A stretch of 63,557 nt of DNA, the filler included, from Bigelowiella natans CCMP2755 (lineage: Eukaryota; Protista; Cercozoa), in assembly GCA_000320545.1 (NCBI GenBank). It is 4 parts of 4 records of this genome, joined end to end, with 100 filler letters (N's around TTAATTAATTAA, not from the genome) between each part and the next. Parts side by side here need not be neighbours in the genome. Positions count along the whole stretch, not along the records: positions 46,296 to 55,048 come from ADNK01003602.1; positions 55,149 to 63,557 come from ADNK01002739.1; 2 more parts are not named here. One strand, written 5' to 3'. The notes under the pieces were generated by a model that searched no databases, had not been told where the DNA came from, and saw nothing but the letters and a program-made list of their open reading frames with translations. Below are positions 50,813-63,557 of this stretch, piece after piece; position 1 is the first letter of the stretch; every line of letters begins with the position of its first letter. Position numbers and translations under genes: made by a program.

Positions 50813-52492
50813 GTGTGTGTGTGTGTGTGTGTGTGTTTGTGCGTGTTATCTAGGCTCTATATTTTGTGCCGAACTTGATGGGGACCACTCCTCTCCCCTC
50901 CCTCCCTGCTTTCTTCTCTCATTCATTACAGGCTCTAGGAGTATGTTGGGCGGGGTTTCCGTCAGCGTCTCACCAAGATTCCCCCTGCTGCAACGATGCA
51001 AACACGTACATGGACATCAGCAAAACAATGCGTTTCTGTCAGCAGACACCTACACAAGCCCACCCGCACACATGCAAGTGCAGACGTACACGGGTACCTA
51101 CATGCAATGTATTTCTCCCCCCCCCCGGTTCTCTCCCTATCTACGATTGACTAGCGCATACATCCTCAGAGGAGAGGTAGCTGGAGAGTGCTGCTGCGAC
51201 TGATGGTGTATGTCATCGTCAAAAGCACCAAGGGTTGAGGCACTTTCATTCAGCATTCCCGCTGAAGGCTCTCTTCCATGCTGCCGAGCCGCGTTGTGAT
51301 GATATACTGTCGTATCAACGGACAGCCTCCCTGGCGAGGTGGAGGAGCTTTGCCGGCTGCTCGCTTTGCGGTGGAGAAGTCCTGAGGGCGATGTTGGTGG
51401 GCGATGTACCATCACCCTCCTCGCTCGCTCATCGTTTGAAGAGAAGGAAAATCTTCTCGATTTAAGCCTCATGACCCCCCCCCCCCCGTCCCCGGTCCCT
51501 TCCCCTGGCGCTCCAGAAAACATCTTCTTCGCCACTGAATGGTCGGTATTGGCTGAGGATTGGGAGTAGGAGCTGCTCGTCCTGGGGTGGAACGTCACCC
51601 CTCCCCTTTTAGAGTCCCCGCTGCTTACTTCAATGTGATCGTTGGATATCTCCTTCAGCGTGCTAAGCGGCTCGTCCGACAGCCTGGAGGAGCGCAGGTG
51701 GGCAGAAGGAGAATACCGTCGCTTCCCCCCGCACATCGATGCGGCGCTGTCCCCAGTATCACCCCGCCCCTCCCCACGCGAGGAGGAGCCTGCAGCGGCA
51801 GCAGCGGCGGCGGTGGGGGTGGCAGCGACGGCGATCTCGGGCGGAGACGCGTTCGGGGGGAGTCCTTGGAAGGCGTGGGTACCGGTGATGTCCTTTATCT
51901 CTTCAAATAGCTGATCTAGGTCGAAGACTATGTTTGGATCGCTTCTTGAATTTGGCTGGCTGGAGCCGCTGCTGCCTGTCTGATCAGCAGTAGCAGCAGC
52001 AGCAGCAGTCGTCGTCGTCGTCGTCGTTGTTTCTTTGCTAGAGGAAGCTGCCTCCATGGTGTGGGCGTCCTCCATTGCCAAACTAACGCCTGGCTGGCCA
52101 CGCGTGTCATCCTTATCCCCCCCTCCTCTCAGAAGGCGGCCTCGTTTGCGGGGGGAGTTGCTGGAGAGGCGACGAAGTTTGAGGGAGACCTTTGACTTCC
52201 GCCTGGGGGAGGGGCGCGGGGGACCGACACTTCGATGCCTCCTCGCCATTGACATCTCGGCCAATGGCGAGGACAGCCGATTCCGTCCCCGTGCTATTCT
52301 CTGGGCGAGGCTCTGTGGAGAGTGTTCGCGGTTGAATGTCATGCGCCGAGGGTGGGCGCTGGGCAGCGCGGCCGAGGAAGCTGATGGAGATCACACGGGG
52401 GGGGGGGGGGGGGGGGGAAAAGAGAGTAGGAAGATCCAAGTGACTGGGCTGAAGAAAGAGGACTCGAGGTTGGAAAAATTCGGACGGATGTT

Positions 52493-52565
<73 letters not shown>

Positions 52566-52993
52566 TCTGCGCACGAGCGCAATCACGATAAAGAAGGAAC
52601 ACATGCCAGCAAATTAGCCCAAAATCCCATCAGAGCTTCGCCTCAAACATCCCGCTACTAATGGAAAGAGAAAAACCCAGAGCTTCTAAGATCCGCGCAC
52701 CTGAATGGCGCTCTTTCGCGTAAGATCGACTATCACTGGAGCGAGATCGTTTGCTGGGCGCGGCAGGGACCGCTAAGGAGTTTGCCGACACGGAAGAGCA
52801 TCCCTGTATACGCAAAGGGTGCAAAAACATCTTGTGAGGGAATGTGACTGAAATGCACCTTTTTTATTTCTTCTGAACGAGCGAGAAGAATGTGTAGAAT
52901 CATCATCGTTATCATCATCATCATCACCAGCAGCAGCAGCAGCAGCAGCATCATTGGCCACCCCGGCCCTCCCCCTCGCACACACACACACAC

Positions 52994-53027
<34 letters not shown>

Positions 53028-54205
53028 CACAACCATGACGCCCCTCCTCCCCTTCCACCTCCTCATCACCGCCTTAAGCTATTATCAATACTATCATTAC
53101 CACAATCATCATCATCATCACCATCCTCCTCCTCCTCAATTCTTACTAATCTTATCACCCGGGTGCTGCCCATCATCTCCCTTCTTTCCTTGTGATAGCG
53201 CTCCCTATATGGTCTCGTGGGTGGGACGTCGTGCTGCACGCACCAATCGATGAAATCGGAAGGGTCAAACCTCTCCACTTCGTTGCCTCGTTTCTCTTCC
53301 TTATCTTCCTTCTTCGCCTCCGGCACCTTCTCGTGGTGGCTGCTGTCTCCCCCCCCCCGCTCCTTCTCCTCCCCCGTCTCTACGCATTCCCCCCCACTTT
53401 CCTTCTTCTTGCCGCCAGCCTCTTCGTCGTTGTCCTTCTTCTTCCTCGAGCCATCACTTGCATCGCTGCTGGTGCTGCTATTGCTTCCTGCCCGTTTGCG
53501 GAGTCCATCGATGTTGCGCGCGCTGCTATCGTCATTATCATCGTCATCATCACCATCATCCTCATCCTCATCCTCATCGTCGTCGTGGCTGTCATCATGG
53601 TGTACCTGCTCTAGTAAATCGCGTCTCCGCTCCTCTTCCGCATCAGTAGCAGCGGAGTTCTCTGCTGCTGCCTCTTTTCCTCCTCTATTTCCTTCGCTAT
53701 CGCTCTCATCATGTTCTCTTCGCTCCTGTAACTGCACGCCGCTCTGCTTCTCTTCCCCCCCCTCATCCTCCTTCTCGCCCCTCCCCCTACCCGCGTCGGT
53801 ACTGGAGGCCGAATGGATCTTGTGCTCGACGGCGTGCCCAAGAATCAAGATCTTCTCGTAGAGCTGATACGATGACGATGATGATGAGGATGATGATGTA
53901 ATACTGCTATCGTCGTTGTTATCATCATCATCATTGTTGTTGTTGTTGCTGTGGGAACATCTGAGCGCGGCGCTTTTCAGCGTGCGAATCGTCGTCGTCG
54001 CAACATGACAAGGAGCGTACCTGCTGAATGATCGAGTGGGATTCTTGCTTGTCGTGCAGGAGGGCTGCCCACGCCTTGTTGGCCTCCGTGATTTTCTTGT
54101 TCATCTGCACGATTTGTTGGTGCAGCATCCAAACTCTGTGTTGCTCCCGGTCTCGCGCAGCCTCCGCAGCTCGGGTCTTCCTACCCCTGCATGCCAAGCA
54201 TATGT

Positions 54206-54242
<37 letters not shown>

Positions 54243-54797
54243 GGATGTATTTTGTCAGGTGTTGTCTTTTTTGTTTTAAATTGATTCTTTTCTCTTGGTA
54301 TTTTCTTCGTTCGCTTTCCTCCCCGCACTCACTGTTCCAGAATCTTGCTTTGGAGGTGGCCAATAACATCGACGGTGGCGGCCTCATCCGCAGCCCCCCC
54401 CTTCTTCCCAACGTTGATCTGGTCGTTGGAGATGTTGAAGATGCTGTTTGAGGGGGATCTCCGCGCGGTGATGCTGGGGGCTGACGAGGAGGAGCTGTGC
54501 CGCTTCTTCTGCCTCTTCCTCATCGGGTAGTGGAAGATAAACTCACACCTACAAGACGGCAAGGAATCATACTACCGACGCTCATCACATCTCCATGACA
54601 ACTAAAGATACTGCTGGTAGTTGAGGTCGCCCTGTCATTGCTGCTGCTCTCTTACACTACCGCAACCATGCTATGTTTACTTTCTCCTATTCTGCGACTA
54701 GAGAAAACACGGCTGCTGCCCTCCCACTACAACATCTACACGGAGACCAAAGCTACTACAACAGCTTCCACTAATGCTCTACCACCACCACTACCTG

Positions 54798-54831
<34 letters not shown>

Positions 54832-55048
54832 GACTACTACTTCTGTTCTCAGTACATGAGTCGTTTGAGGACGAGGAGGCTGCCAAACACTTTCATCCGG
54901 TCAGCCATGCTAGTGCTGGAACGGGTGAGCTCGCGCACCTCAAGGACGCTGTGGAGGAGCGAGTTGAACACCATGCGAATTACACGCAGCGCCAGCCGCG
55001 CTCTGCTATACTTCTTCTGGATTAGTTGGAACGTATGCATCGTGTCCA
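49230..55048 (-). CDS. Large multi-exon protein with coiled coils and long acidic/Ser-rich low-complexity regions, unknown function; 5' end lost at the gap
   Basis: Exon-like ORF pieces such as IGHLQSKILEQ, WMLHQQIVQMNKKITEANKAWAALLHDKQ, the long exons at ~53200-53860 and ~51200-52400, and a terminal exon LYKEFLERMQ...YKNRN* (stop at 49230). Confidence 0.6.
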
Positions 55049-55148
55049 NNNNNNNNNNNNNNNNNNNNNNNNNNNNNNNNNNNNNNNNNNNNTTAATTAA
55101 TTAANNNNNNNNNNNNNNNNNNNNNNNNNNNNNNNNNNNNNNNNNNNN
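55049..55148. other. Assembly gap with artificial TTAATTAATTAA linker
   Basis: N44-TTAATTAATTAA-N44. Confidence 0.95.
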
Positions 55149-55202
<54 letters not shown>

Positions 55203-55207
55203 TCTGT

Positions 55208-55238
<31 letters not shown>

Positions 55239-55362
55239 TCATGTGGTGTCGTAGCATGCATTCGTTAGTGTCAATTCCTTAAGCTTTCAACTAATTTCTT
55301 GTCCTGCTGTTTGCACTTGCCGTGCTGCATCGTCCTTCCTCGACGATATACGATGCTGCTAG

Positions 55363-56251
55363 GTACGGGACAGAAGCTTTCGAGGACATGTTCCTACTCG
55401 CAGAGTGTGATCACCAAGTTGGAACGATCTCCTCTCATTTCAGGTAAGAAATTGCACGAATTGTTTCACTTACTCGTTGTGTGCAGGGATGTAACAACGG
55501 CGTATACGAGTTAGTGTCATTTCTATGTTATACTTTGTGAGTGCGTGGTCTCAACGCGCCATGTCTTTGTTCTTTTGTCGCTCATCTTCTTTGTCGATGC
55601 AAGTGTTGCTTTGATTTGATTTTGCTGTCTTTTCGTGGTAGAAATTGCAATCATCATCATCATCCTCATCCTCATCATCATCATCATCGTCAATTATCAT
55701 TATTTTATTAATAAATGCTTATCATTAGTGTAATTCCTGCATTGCTCCGTTTTCTTAAAGGGCATAACTCTTTGCCGGTCAGTCGGCCATCACGAGGCAA
55801 AGGCTTGTTTTGTCGTGATGTAGATTATGATGTATGCGTCTATTTAGCGCGTTGCGTGTGTGTGTTTTGTTTAACATCAACTAATTATTGTTAGGTGTAT
55901 ATGGACATTGAGGGTGCCTCAAAGAAGAAATATCAGGCATCTATGCACACAAAATAGTATCATAGATCTTCATATTATTATACATTCAATTTACTTAGCA
56001 GAGAAAGGAGGGGGGGGGGGGAGGGGTAGGCCGGAACAATTGATTGAAATATACTTAGATTATTTCGAGTATAATTCACGCCTTGTCCTCCTTTATTCCA
56101 CCAGATTGGAATGCTTAGGAGCGCGAATTTGGGGAGGGGGGCTCAGGCTGACGCACGGTAGAAAGACAGGACAACTTCTCTCATCTCCCCTTACCTCGAA
56201 GAAGCTGACTATACACCTCTTTTCTTAAGCGCATGATGAAAGCGTTGCATA

Positions 56252-56287
<36 letters not shown>

Positions 56288-57189
56288 TCAAATTACATCC
56301 TTCCCCTACCCCCTACCCCCTACCCCCCGCCCCTCTTCTGAAAATCGCAGTATTCCGTTACGATGGCATTCCTTAGCTGAGCGATTTTTCCCTTTCGACG
56401 AAGCGAAGCAGGCATGAGACAGCAGCCACACCACAGACAAACACGCACTAATCCACGTATGTTTCTCGCTGAATGTTCCAACCAAAAACATCTTATGGAC
56501 TAGAGGAGTTGTGGTTGTGGTGGATGCTTGATTGAGAATGCGAGTTTTAATAAGCTTCGAATACGAATTTTCGTGAGAATTCTCGCCGAAGTGAATACAT
56601 TGTTGATCATCGTCCCTAGCACTTTCCTAAAATGAGCCCGACGGCCACGTATTTATTCCTTAGCGGAATATTTCCTAAAATAATAGCCATGATCGATGAT
56701 GATGTTGTTCCCGTGTGAGAAGAGCATTTGGTGCGAAGTGGGGTCTTTAACAGTGTGTAATGCCTTTTTGTTTTTGAGGAGCCTGTTGTATTTTGGTGCT
56801 AAATCTCGCATGGTCAGAGAGCATACGCGGAAAGCTTTGCAATTCCGATGGAAACTGGCCTTCCTGCCCCTCCCTACCAATGTAACAACTCGCAGGAGAT
56901 GCAAGATGCGGATTTGTGCATGTCTATGTCGCGGAGGAGCTCAATAACAATCGTGTTGGTAGGCATTGCATTGAGTATGTTTTATTTATGTTGGCAGCAT
57001 TGGACGAGAGAGTCTCGGAGTGGAATGTCCAAGTGCATCAAAGGAAAGGTTCGGTTGCAGTCTCAACGATGTTTTTGTATTCTTTGCGAATACGTTTCTC
57101 TCTCGCTCTCCTCTCTATCCCCCCCCCCCCCCCCCTCCCCCCTCCTCTCTCTCTCTTCTTGCGAACATGTTTGTTATTGTGTGTGTATT

Positions 57190-57220
<31 letters not shown>

Positions 57221-57561
57221 AAGAGATTAACAATGCATATATTATAAAGGGGCAGCTCCTTCACATGGTTGCGGTGGGTTGCAAGGTCGTCTTCCTTGTA
57301 TATAACCCATGCTCAATATCTTGCCTTTGTTGTTGTCCATGTTCTACACTCTAACGTTCCAAGCACTTTAAGCATCATATAATGGGAAAACATGCATGCA
57401 AGTGCTTGGTGCCTTGGGTCAGTGCAGATAAGATACAATTAGTTGCGTTGTCAGTCAAAATATCGGTTGAAGAGCTCCTCAGCCGCGGACATGCCATGTT
57501 TACGAAAGGACACCCGCATGAATGGTGTGCTCCCTCTGTCTCTCCCTCTCTCTCTCCCCCC

Positions 57562-57599
<38 letters not shown>

Positions 57600-57642
57600 T
57601 TATATACACAGAATATACATATAAATATGACCCCCCCCCCCT

Positions 57643-57681
<39 letters not shown>

Positions 57682-59025
57682 ATCTTTCTTTTTTTTCCCC
57701 TTTCCCTGCCCCCTTCCCACACATATACCAAAATCCATTTATTCTTCAAACTCTGTCGCGTGTGCAATGAAAACTGCATATCAGTGCTGAGTGCCTTTAC
57801 AAGGCCCTTGAGAAAGTCAACAACCGCGACAAACGGGTAATGATACTCCCTCTCCAATCATGCAAACATGCACATAGATGCGCGTTCCTTGTGTATGCCA
57901 ATGCGGGTGTGTATGTGTGTTTGAGGGGAGGGGGGGGCAGACGCATTGTTTCCTCCGGCTATTTACGTGTAGTCACGGAACATCCGCATTCATCTAACGA
58001 TCAATACTATCATCGGTCAGGCTGCGAAGAGAGGGAAATCAGCATCGAAGGTATCATTGCGTAACTACTCTCTGTATGGCGGATAGTAATAGACGAACTC
58101 TAGCTGTGCGCTGCATCATCATCGTCGCGTCGTCATCGCATAGCCTCTGATAGAAATCATGGACATGACTAAATTCTCCAGGAGTCGAAGCGTTTTCGGA
58201 GAAATATCATGCACACTCTCATGGCGCTGAAGGCAAATACCGGGTACTAGTGACTTTTGTTTGAAAATCCCAACGTCAACGACGAAGGGCCAGCTTCTTC
58301 TTCTTCCTTGTTAAAATGTGAAATGTGAATTTATAACCATCCGTTGATCTCGTTTGGCCCTGTGCTCGATCTACAGGGGGCTGATTGAGGCATACATGCC
58401 TCTGCAGATACGGTTGGAAGAAATGAATTGTTTGCCACCAGGTCAGTAGTTGTTTTTTGACTGTATGCTTGTATTATGTAGATAAGAATACCTTTATGTA
58501 CATATATGCACATTCTGGGTGAGCTCATGGCTACACACACACACACACATACACACACACACACTCGCATCTTAAGGATTATTTTTACAATCATAAGGGG
58601 GTAAAATGGAGATCGTATCGGTGGCAAATCGTGCGGTACATAATATCTTTTTCTTTTTTTAAAAAACGGATGAAGCACACGAAATTGAAGATTTTGTCAA
58701 GAAATACACACAAGCGCGCGCGCGCATGCATGCCTTCATGCATAAAACCATCGCGACTCAGAGCACGTGTACTGTACATTCTGCAAATTTAGAATTTTTT
58801 GAGAATTCACGATACATTTTCAAAGGCCGATTTATTTGACGCTGGTGACAGGGATTGGTCACGGGCATGTTTTGGGTAAGATTTCTTGCAAGCAGCATCC
58901 TTAAAGATCTTGGGAAAATAGTCTTTTCGTCCTATGTCTTTGCCTACTGCTGGTCGCATCTTGGTTGTCTTCTCTCTGTGATGCATTGATTTGTTTGCGT
59001 TTCACATATATCGGAGCACATGAAT

Positions 59026-59072
<47 letters not shown>

Positions 59073-60273
59073 AAGGAGGAGGGATAGCTGCTTATATCGT
59101 CTATCTTGCTATTGTTTCTGTATGCTCTATTTCCAGCCTCGCTTTACTTCTTCCTGGTGCGGAAGAGCACAAGTCTCAGGTGAGGAATACCAAGATATGA
59201 CGTCAATTTCTGCACTATCACCACCATCATCATGGCTGCCATCTACCTCAGGTCCGAGAAAACTTCATCGCACTCGGAGGCAAGTTGGAAGCGCTGAAGC
59301 CAAGCAGAGGGGGGGGGGGGGAGGTTCAGAAGGATTCATCTGCAACACAAGGGCAGCGGGACGAGGAAGAAAAAGAAGAAAAAGAAGAAAAAGAAGAAAA
59401 CTTGGGTGAAGGAGGAGGAGGGAGTCCCTCGCCGTCTGAGTCAACTTCCAAGAGGAGAAGGGCCAGGAAATCGGCGAGGAAGAGACGGGAGAGAAAGATG
59501 AAGGACGAAGACCAGGCTCCTTCATTAGCTGCTGCTCACTCCTCAGAAAACGAAGAGGCAACGACCTTCATGAAAGAGCCATCGTCGCCTTCATCTAGAA
59601 GCGCAGGGAACGGCGATGTGAAGGAAACAACAGGCAGCAGCAGCAGCAAAAGTACGCCGCGCCGCGCATTTTGTTGTGCATGCATGGTGCTCTGTTCCAA
59701 TGTAGGCCCCTTGTGTTTGCCGTTGTGGTGCATTTCGTCGCGAATGCTTAGACTGAGAAACAAGAGCAGGCTGTTGTGGCGATACAATAACCTTTCCACA
59801 CGCACACAGCTCACTCACTCACTCACTCACTCACTCGCTATTGCTGGTAAGGACGGAAACGACGCCGGAGACGAAGAAGGCGGCAAAGCAAGCCGTCGCC
59901 TTCCGCAGCTAGTGAAGGCGACGAGGGGAAAGTACAGAACGAAGCTCGCCAGCAGGATAGCGCACAGGCTGCGGATGTAGTACTATGGCGCTCTAAGAAT
60001 GCGCCGACACACATTACGACACAACATAAACACACACACACAGACACACACACACACTGGCCGTTGTTTGAATACGTTAAAGAAACGTACCCTAAAATCA
60101 TCGCAAAAGTCTTTGTTTCTCTGCTGCAATGCCCACCTCTAATGCCTGGTATATATATTCCATAGGTCTTCTCTACTCGCAGATCAGGGAGGAATCTTGG
60201 CGGAGAAGACGGTTATTTGCTTGGTGAGCATGGGAAGTGGCCGCAAGTAAATCGATATAGAGATTATTTTTAA
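55363..60273 (+). CDS. 3' part of a GT23 (FUT8/NodZ-like) fucosyltransferase-domain protein with TPR-like helices and a charged tail
   Basis: Spliced EAFEDMFLLAECDHQVGTISSHFSVIPALLRF...PVYMD fits the GT23-type D..LL..CD..VGT.SS.FS motif. It is followed by helical segments SVEELLSRGHAMF...AECLYKALEK and DWSRACFGLALL...VRENFIAL. The 3' end is approximate. Confidence 0.5.
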
Positions 60274-60428
60274 TTAATAAGTAAAGTGATAATAGAGTTT
60301 ATTTTCATTTTTATGTTTTCCTTGACAAAACCATGTTTCTACGCTTCCAAGTTTACGATATTAGTAGGGGTGCCGATAATGGGGTGCCGATAATGAGATG
60401 CTGTGTCATGTCCACGAAAAGGAAAAAC

Positions 60429-60466
<38 letters not shown>

Positions 60467-61703
60467 ATGCGTATCGTATGACACTCAATGAAATATTGTC
60501 TAGGTGGAAAGCGAGAAGAAATGCCAGCAATTGTGCATAGAAAAGGTAGGTACTCCACAAAAATGCAGCAGGCACGTAACATATCCACGACATCACCGCA
60601 TAAAACAAACAGTTTTGCTCTCGACTCTGTGTTTGGCAATGCCAGTCATTTAATTGGCCGGATTGTTTTGTACCCATGACGAATGTTGGCCGGTTGCACC
60701 CCACCATCCAGGGCTCTGAGTGCCATGGCTACGTGTATCATTCCGAGAAGATGGCAAAACCGTGGCAAAGCAGGTGTTGATTCGTTCAAAAGCACGATGA
60801 CACTTCCACGCGTAGCAGTGGTCAGGAATGTGAAAGTCTAATCGCCTTCAATTTTTGATGATCCAGGTGCGCATATCTCGATCGCGACACGATTCGTTTC
60901 AGTGGTTTGTTGCTTCCTGACAGTTGGCTAAGAATGGAAGGCGTTGTCTCTGCAACCAAAGAGTAGTGCGTATCAACAATAGTAGCAGTAGCGTATGGTA
61001 TAGCAAGATAGGGCAGCAGCTAAGAGCAAAGGATCGATTATTAACTCAAGCATCTTGGGCTGCCAGTTGTTTGTTGCGGTGGGGGTGCTATCGTAGCAAA
61101 TAGCAAATGTGTAAATAATGATAAGAGTTGCGTAAGAAAGGCACATACGCACTTTAAGAGTAAAAGTTTGTAACAACGGTGACAATGATAAATCTCGCCA
61201 GTGCAATCACTGTGGCTATCAGTATTTGCTGAATTTTTAATACGGATCGCGCGACCTATCGTAGTGTGCATATAAATTGCTTGATCAGAACGTGGATACC
61301 GCGCTGCAATCGAAATCACGTGAAATTATACGACAAGTACGAGTGTAACAACGGGCAGGTTTGGCAAGATGCACATACGCAATTTGACATGCGATGACGT
61401 ATCACACCATGACAATGGACTGCAAAAGTTCGCAGAACACTGCAAATGATGCTGCGCTCAGCCTCTTGCGAGCTAGATAAGCATATAAGATGCACGTGCA
61501 GGATATCAGTGGCCTGTGAGCTTGGTAGCTAGCTTGTTCATCATTACGCTCATTGTGACAGCTCGGCGAAGCGAATAAAGACTACAGAAGAAAGCAAAAA
61601 CGAAGAGAACCCTCTATCTCGCTATATTAAAGGCTGCACGTGTTGTGCTCAGACACACACGAAGAATCCTGTCAACAACGCGCGGAGATAATGTCGTGAG
61701 GTC

Positions 61704-62839
61704 TCACTGTTGCGATGCGGCTATGCGCTCTGCGAGTTCTACCCCCTTACAGTAGTACGCCTCTCGTGTGATAGTGCCACCCACAAGGACTCGAGATGGC
61801 GTCGCGGTATTTGCCTTTCTTCCATGCAGAACCCTCCAGTTGTTCATAATCAGCATTTTCCCTTTCTCCATTGGTACCTTATATATCCCAGAAAAAAATA
61901 CAAACCGACGATGCATTAGTAAGGCGCTGATGGTTATGAATGATCGATTTGTGCGTCGATCGGCGTTGGCAGCCGACGCCGGAGAAAAGGTTTTTAACAA
62001 GCGGAAGCCTATGAAACTAGGCGTTTCGACTGCATCGATGCTTTATTTTAGCACCCTGCTACAAATGGTGGTGCTAATATGAAGAGGGACACTCTTCAAA
62101 TGATTTGAAGCGAATGATAAATCATCATAAATCTTGAAAACGCAAAATAAGGTACTTATCGCTTTGTGAGTCATCCTACGACAAAATCCCGTTAGTCGTG
62201 CTAGCTAACAGTGTTTTTCTAATTTCAACTTTTTTTTGAACGCGGATTCATCATTATTCGCACATGGCAGGTCTTCCTACCGAAATGCTGAATCGATCGT
62301 CGTGAATTAGGTGGACAAACTTGTCCAGGGCTTCGATGTATCTTTGAATAAAACAGCACGTACACAGAATAAATGTATGAGGCAGAGGCTGACGGCGAGG
62401 ATGAGTGCGTATAAACCATCAGCTGTTATATCTTCGTCACCACCAACTACGACAACTGTGTTTTCCGTCGTCATCGTCGTTACTGTTCCGAAGAATTTGC
62501 ATCTTTTTTTTTTTTCCACGGTTGCGACTGCTTCATTCTCTATCAACTCTCCCAGCCATATCTACAGGGTCGTCTTACTTTGGGAACACATCAAATGGGA
62601 GCTGCAGGGGTGTCCGGAACACCTCATTGTACATGATCTGGTAGGAAATTCAGGATGATGATGATGATGATTATGATGATGATGATGATGATTATGATGA
62701 TGATGATGATGATCGTGCTAATGATAAGTGAATCGAGTATAGTGAGGATGACTTCCAACATTCAATATATCCATGTTAAATATATGAAAACAAATGCAAA
62801 TGTATTTACGTGACACAAGCCTGAAAAGACATTGAAATA

Positions 62840-62875
<36 letters not shown>

Positions 62876-62961
62876 ACACACACATATACATATTTAATTA
62901 ATATTCAACCAACTTCCGCTTCTAAACCTATACCCTAATACTGGCAATGCAATGCATACAT

Positions 62962-63006
<45 letters not shown>

Positions 63007-63242
63007 CACCTTCTGCATGCGTCCCTTGCTGTCAAGTTGGAATACGTGGTTTCTCCTCGTCACGAAGTAGCGCTTATCATGATTCTGCTTTGAGTCAACA
63101 CGAGAAGATTGGAAGTCTCTTTCCGCGTCGTATCCGTACCTGGCGTTAGATGAGGATGAACGATGCTTCTTCTTAGATATTACGCTACTCTTCCTTTAGC
63201 TGTTTCCTGCTCATGAGAGGTTCAACTCAGAAAATATGATAT

Positions 63243-63285
<43 letters not shown>

Positions 63286-63400
63286 ATACCCCTCGCGGAG
63301 CGATGACTCACAGCGCGAGGGAGCGAGAGGGCGAGGGGGGATTTTTGTGTATGTATTCAGCATCTTGGAACCTCTCTAGCTAGAGAGGGCGGCCGAGGAT
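61704..63400 (-). CDS. TauD-family Fe(II)/2-oxoglutarate dioxygenase (gamma-butyrobetaine / trimethyllysine hydroxylase-like), 3' part
   Basis: Spliced RRNHVFQLDSKGRMQK-IMYNEVFR...KYIEALDKFVHLI...VPMEKGKMLIMNNWRVLHGR...RVLVGG, with the NWRVLHGR Fe-ligand motif. The upstream exon near 63290-63400 looks like low-quality sequence. Confidence 0.8.
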
Positions 63401-63557
63401 ATGGAGACATCAATGTGATGAGAGGACCAGGACGAAGAGGACGAGGACGAGCATGAGGGAGAGGGAGAGAGTGTGTTTTTCGTGTGAGTGCGAGGGGCGC
63501 GTGCAGAGGGGGTGTTTATATATATATATATATAAAAAATATATATATATATATATA

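Noticed and set aside
63004-63517. Apparent imperfect terminal inverted repeats (63004-63030 and 63490-63517) between TA tracts, suggesting a MITE
   Set aside because: The left arm is the coding end and donor site of a TauD exon. Sequence after 63285 looks like low-quality read-through of a microsatellite, so an artifact is more likely.
183-63557. Many short ORFs with poly-S/L/Y/H/CV/IY/RE tracts in the ORF track
   Set aside because: They are translations of intronic microsatellites such as (TA)n, (CA)n, (GA)n, (CAT)n, (TAG)n and (CAG)n, not genes.
1-63557. CRISPR arrays, rRNA or tRNA genes, prokaryotic operons
   Set aside because: I saw no regularly spaced 25-40 bp repeats with unique spacers and no recognisable RNA gene. 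The sequence is spliceosomal-intron-rich eukaryotic DNA.

Overview
Intron-dense eukaryotic nuclear DNA with microsatellite-filled introns. It is most likely from an alga with a secondary plastid (chlorarachniophyte-like, inferred from nuclear psb28, menG and an HSP90 with a signal peptide plus transit-peptide-like leader). The window is four contigs joined by artificial N44-TTAATTAATTAA-N44 spacers. Spliced genes rebuilt by hand are a TKL-like kinase 3' end with a CaaX tail, Psb28, RUS/DUF647, a METTL23-like methyltransferase, MenG, a Rab3GAP2-like protein with an inserted PDZ domain, Vps54, RNASEK/V-ATPase subunit f, a type I membrane Kelch protein, a plastid-type HSP90, a coiled-coil protein, a GT23-like/TPR protein and a TauD/GBBH-type dioxygenase. 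There are also three intronless ORFs, an ankyrin pseudogene and the 3' half of a young Ty3/Gypsy LTR retrotransposon. The most striking signal is non-coding. Intergenic islands downstream of gene 3' ends are (i) almost free of TpA while keeping CpG and enriched in TpG/CpA, the opposite direction to fungal RIP, and (ii) densely marked by 8-bp insertions of the form NNNN-CTAG-NNNN (a 4-bp duplication around CTAG, also seen as CCAG/CTGG). Comparing repeats within the ankyrin pseudogene shows these are true insertions. The Gypsy element has a short D,D(27)E integrase and a C-terminal domain resembling an N6-adenine DNA methyltransferase. All gene identities come from motif recognition by eye, not database searches, and exon boundaries are approximate where noted.
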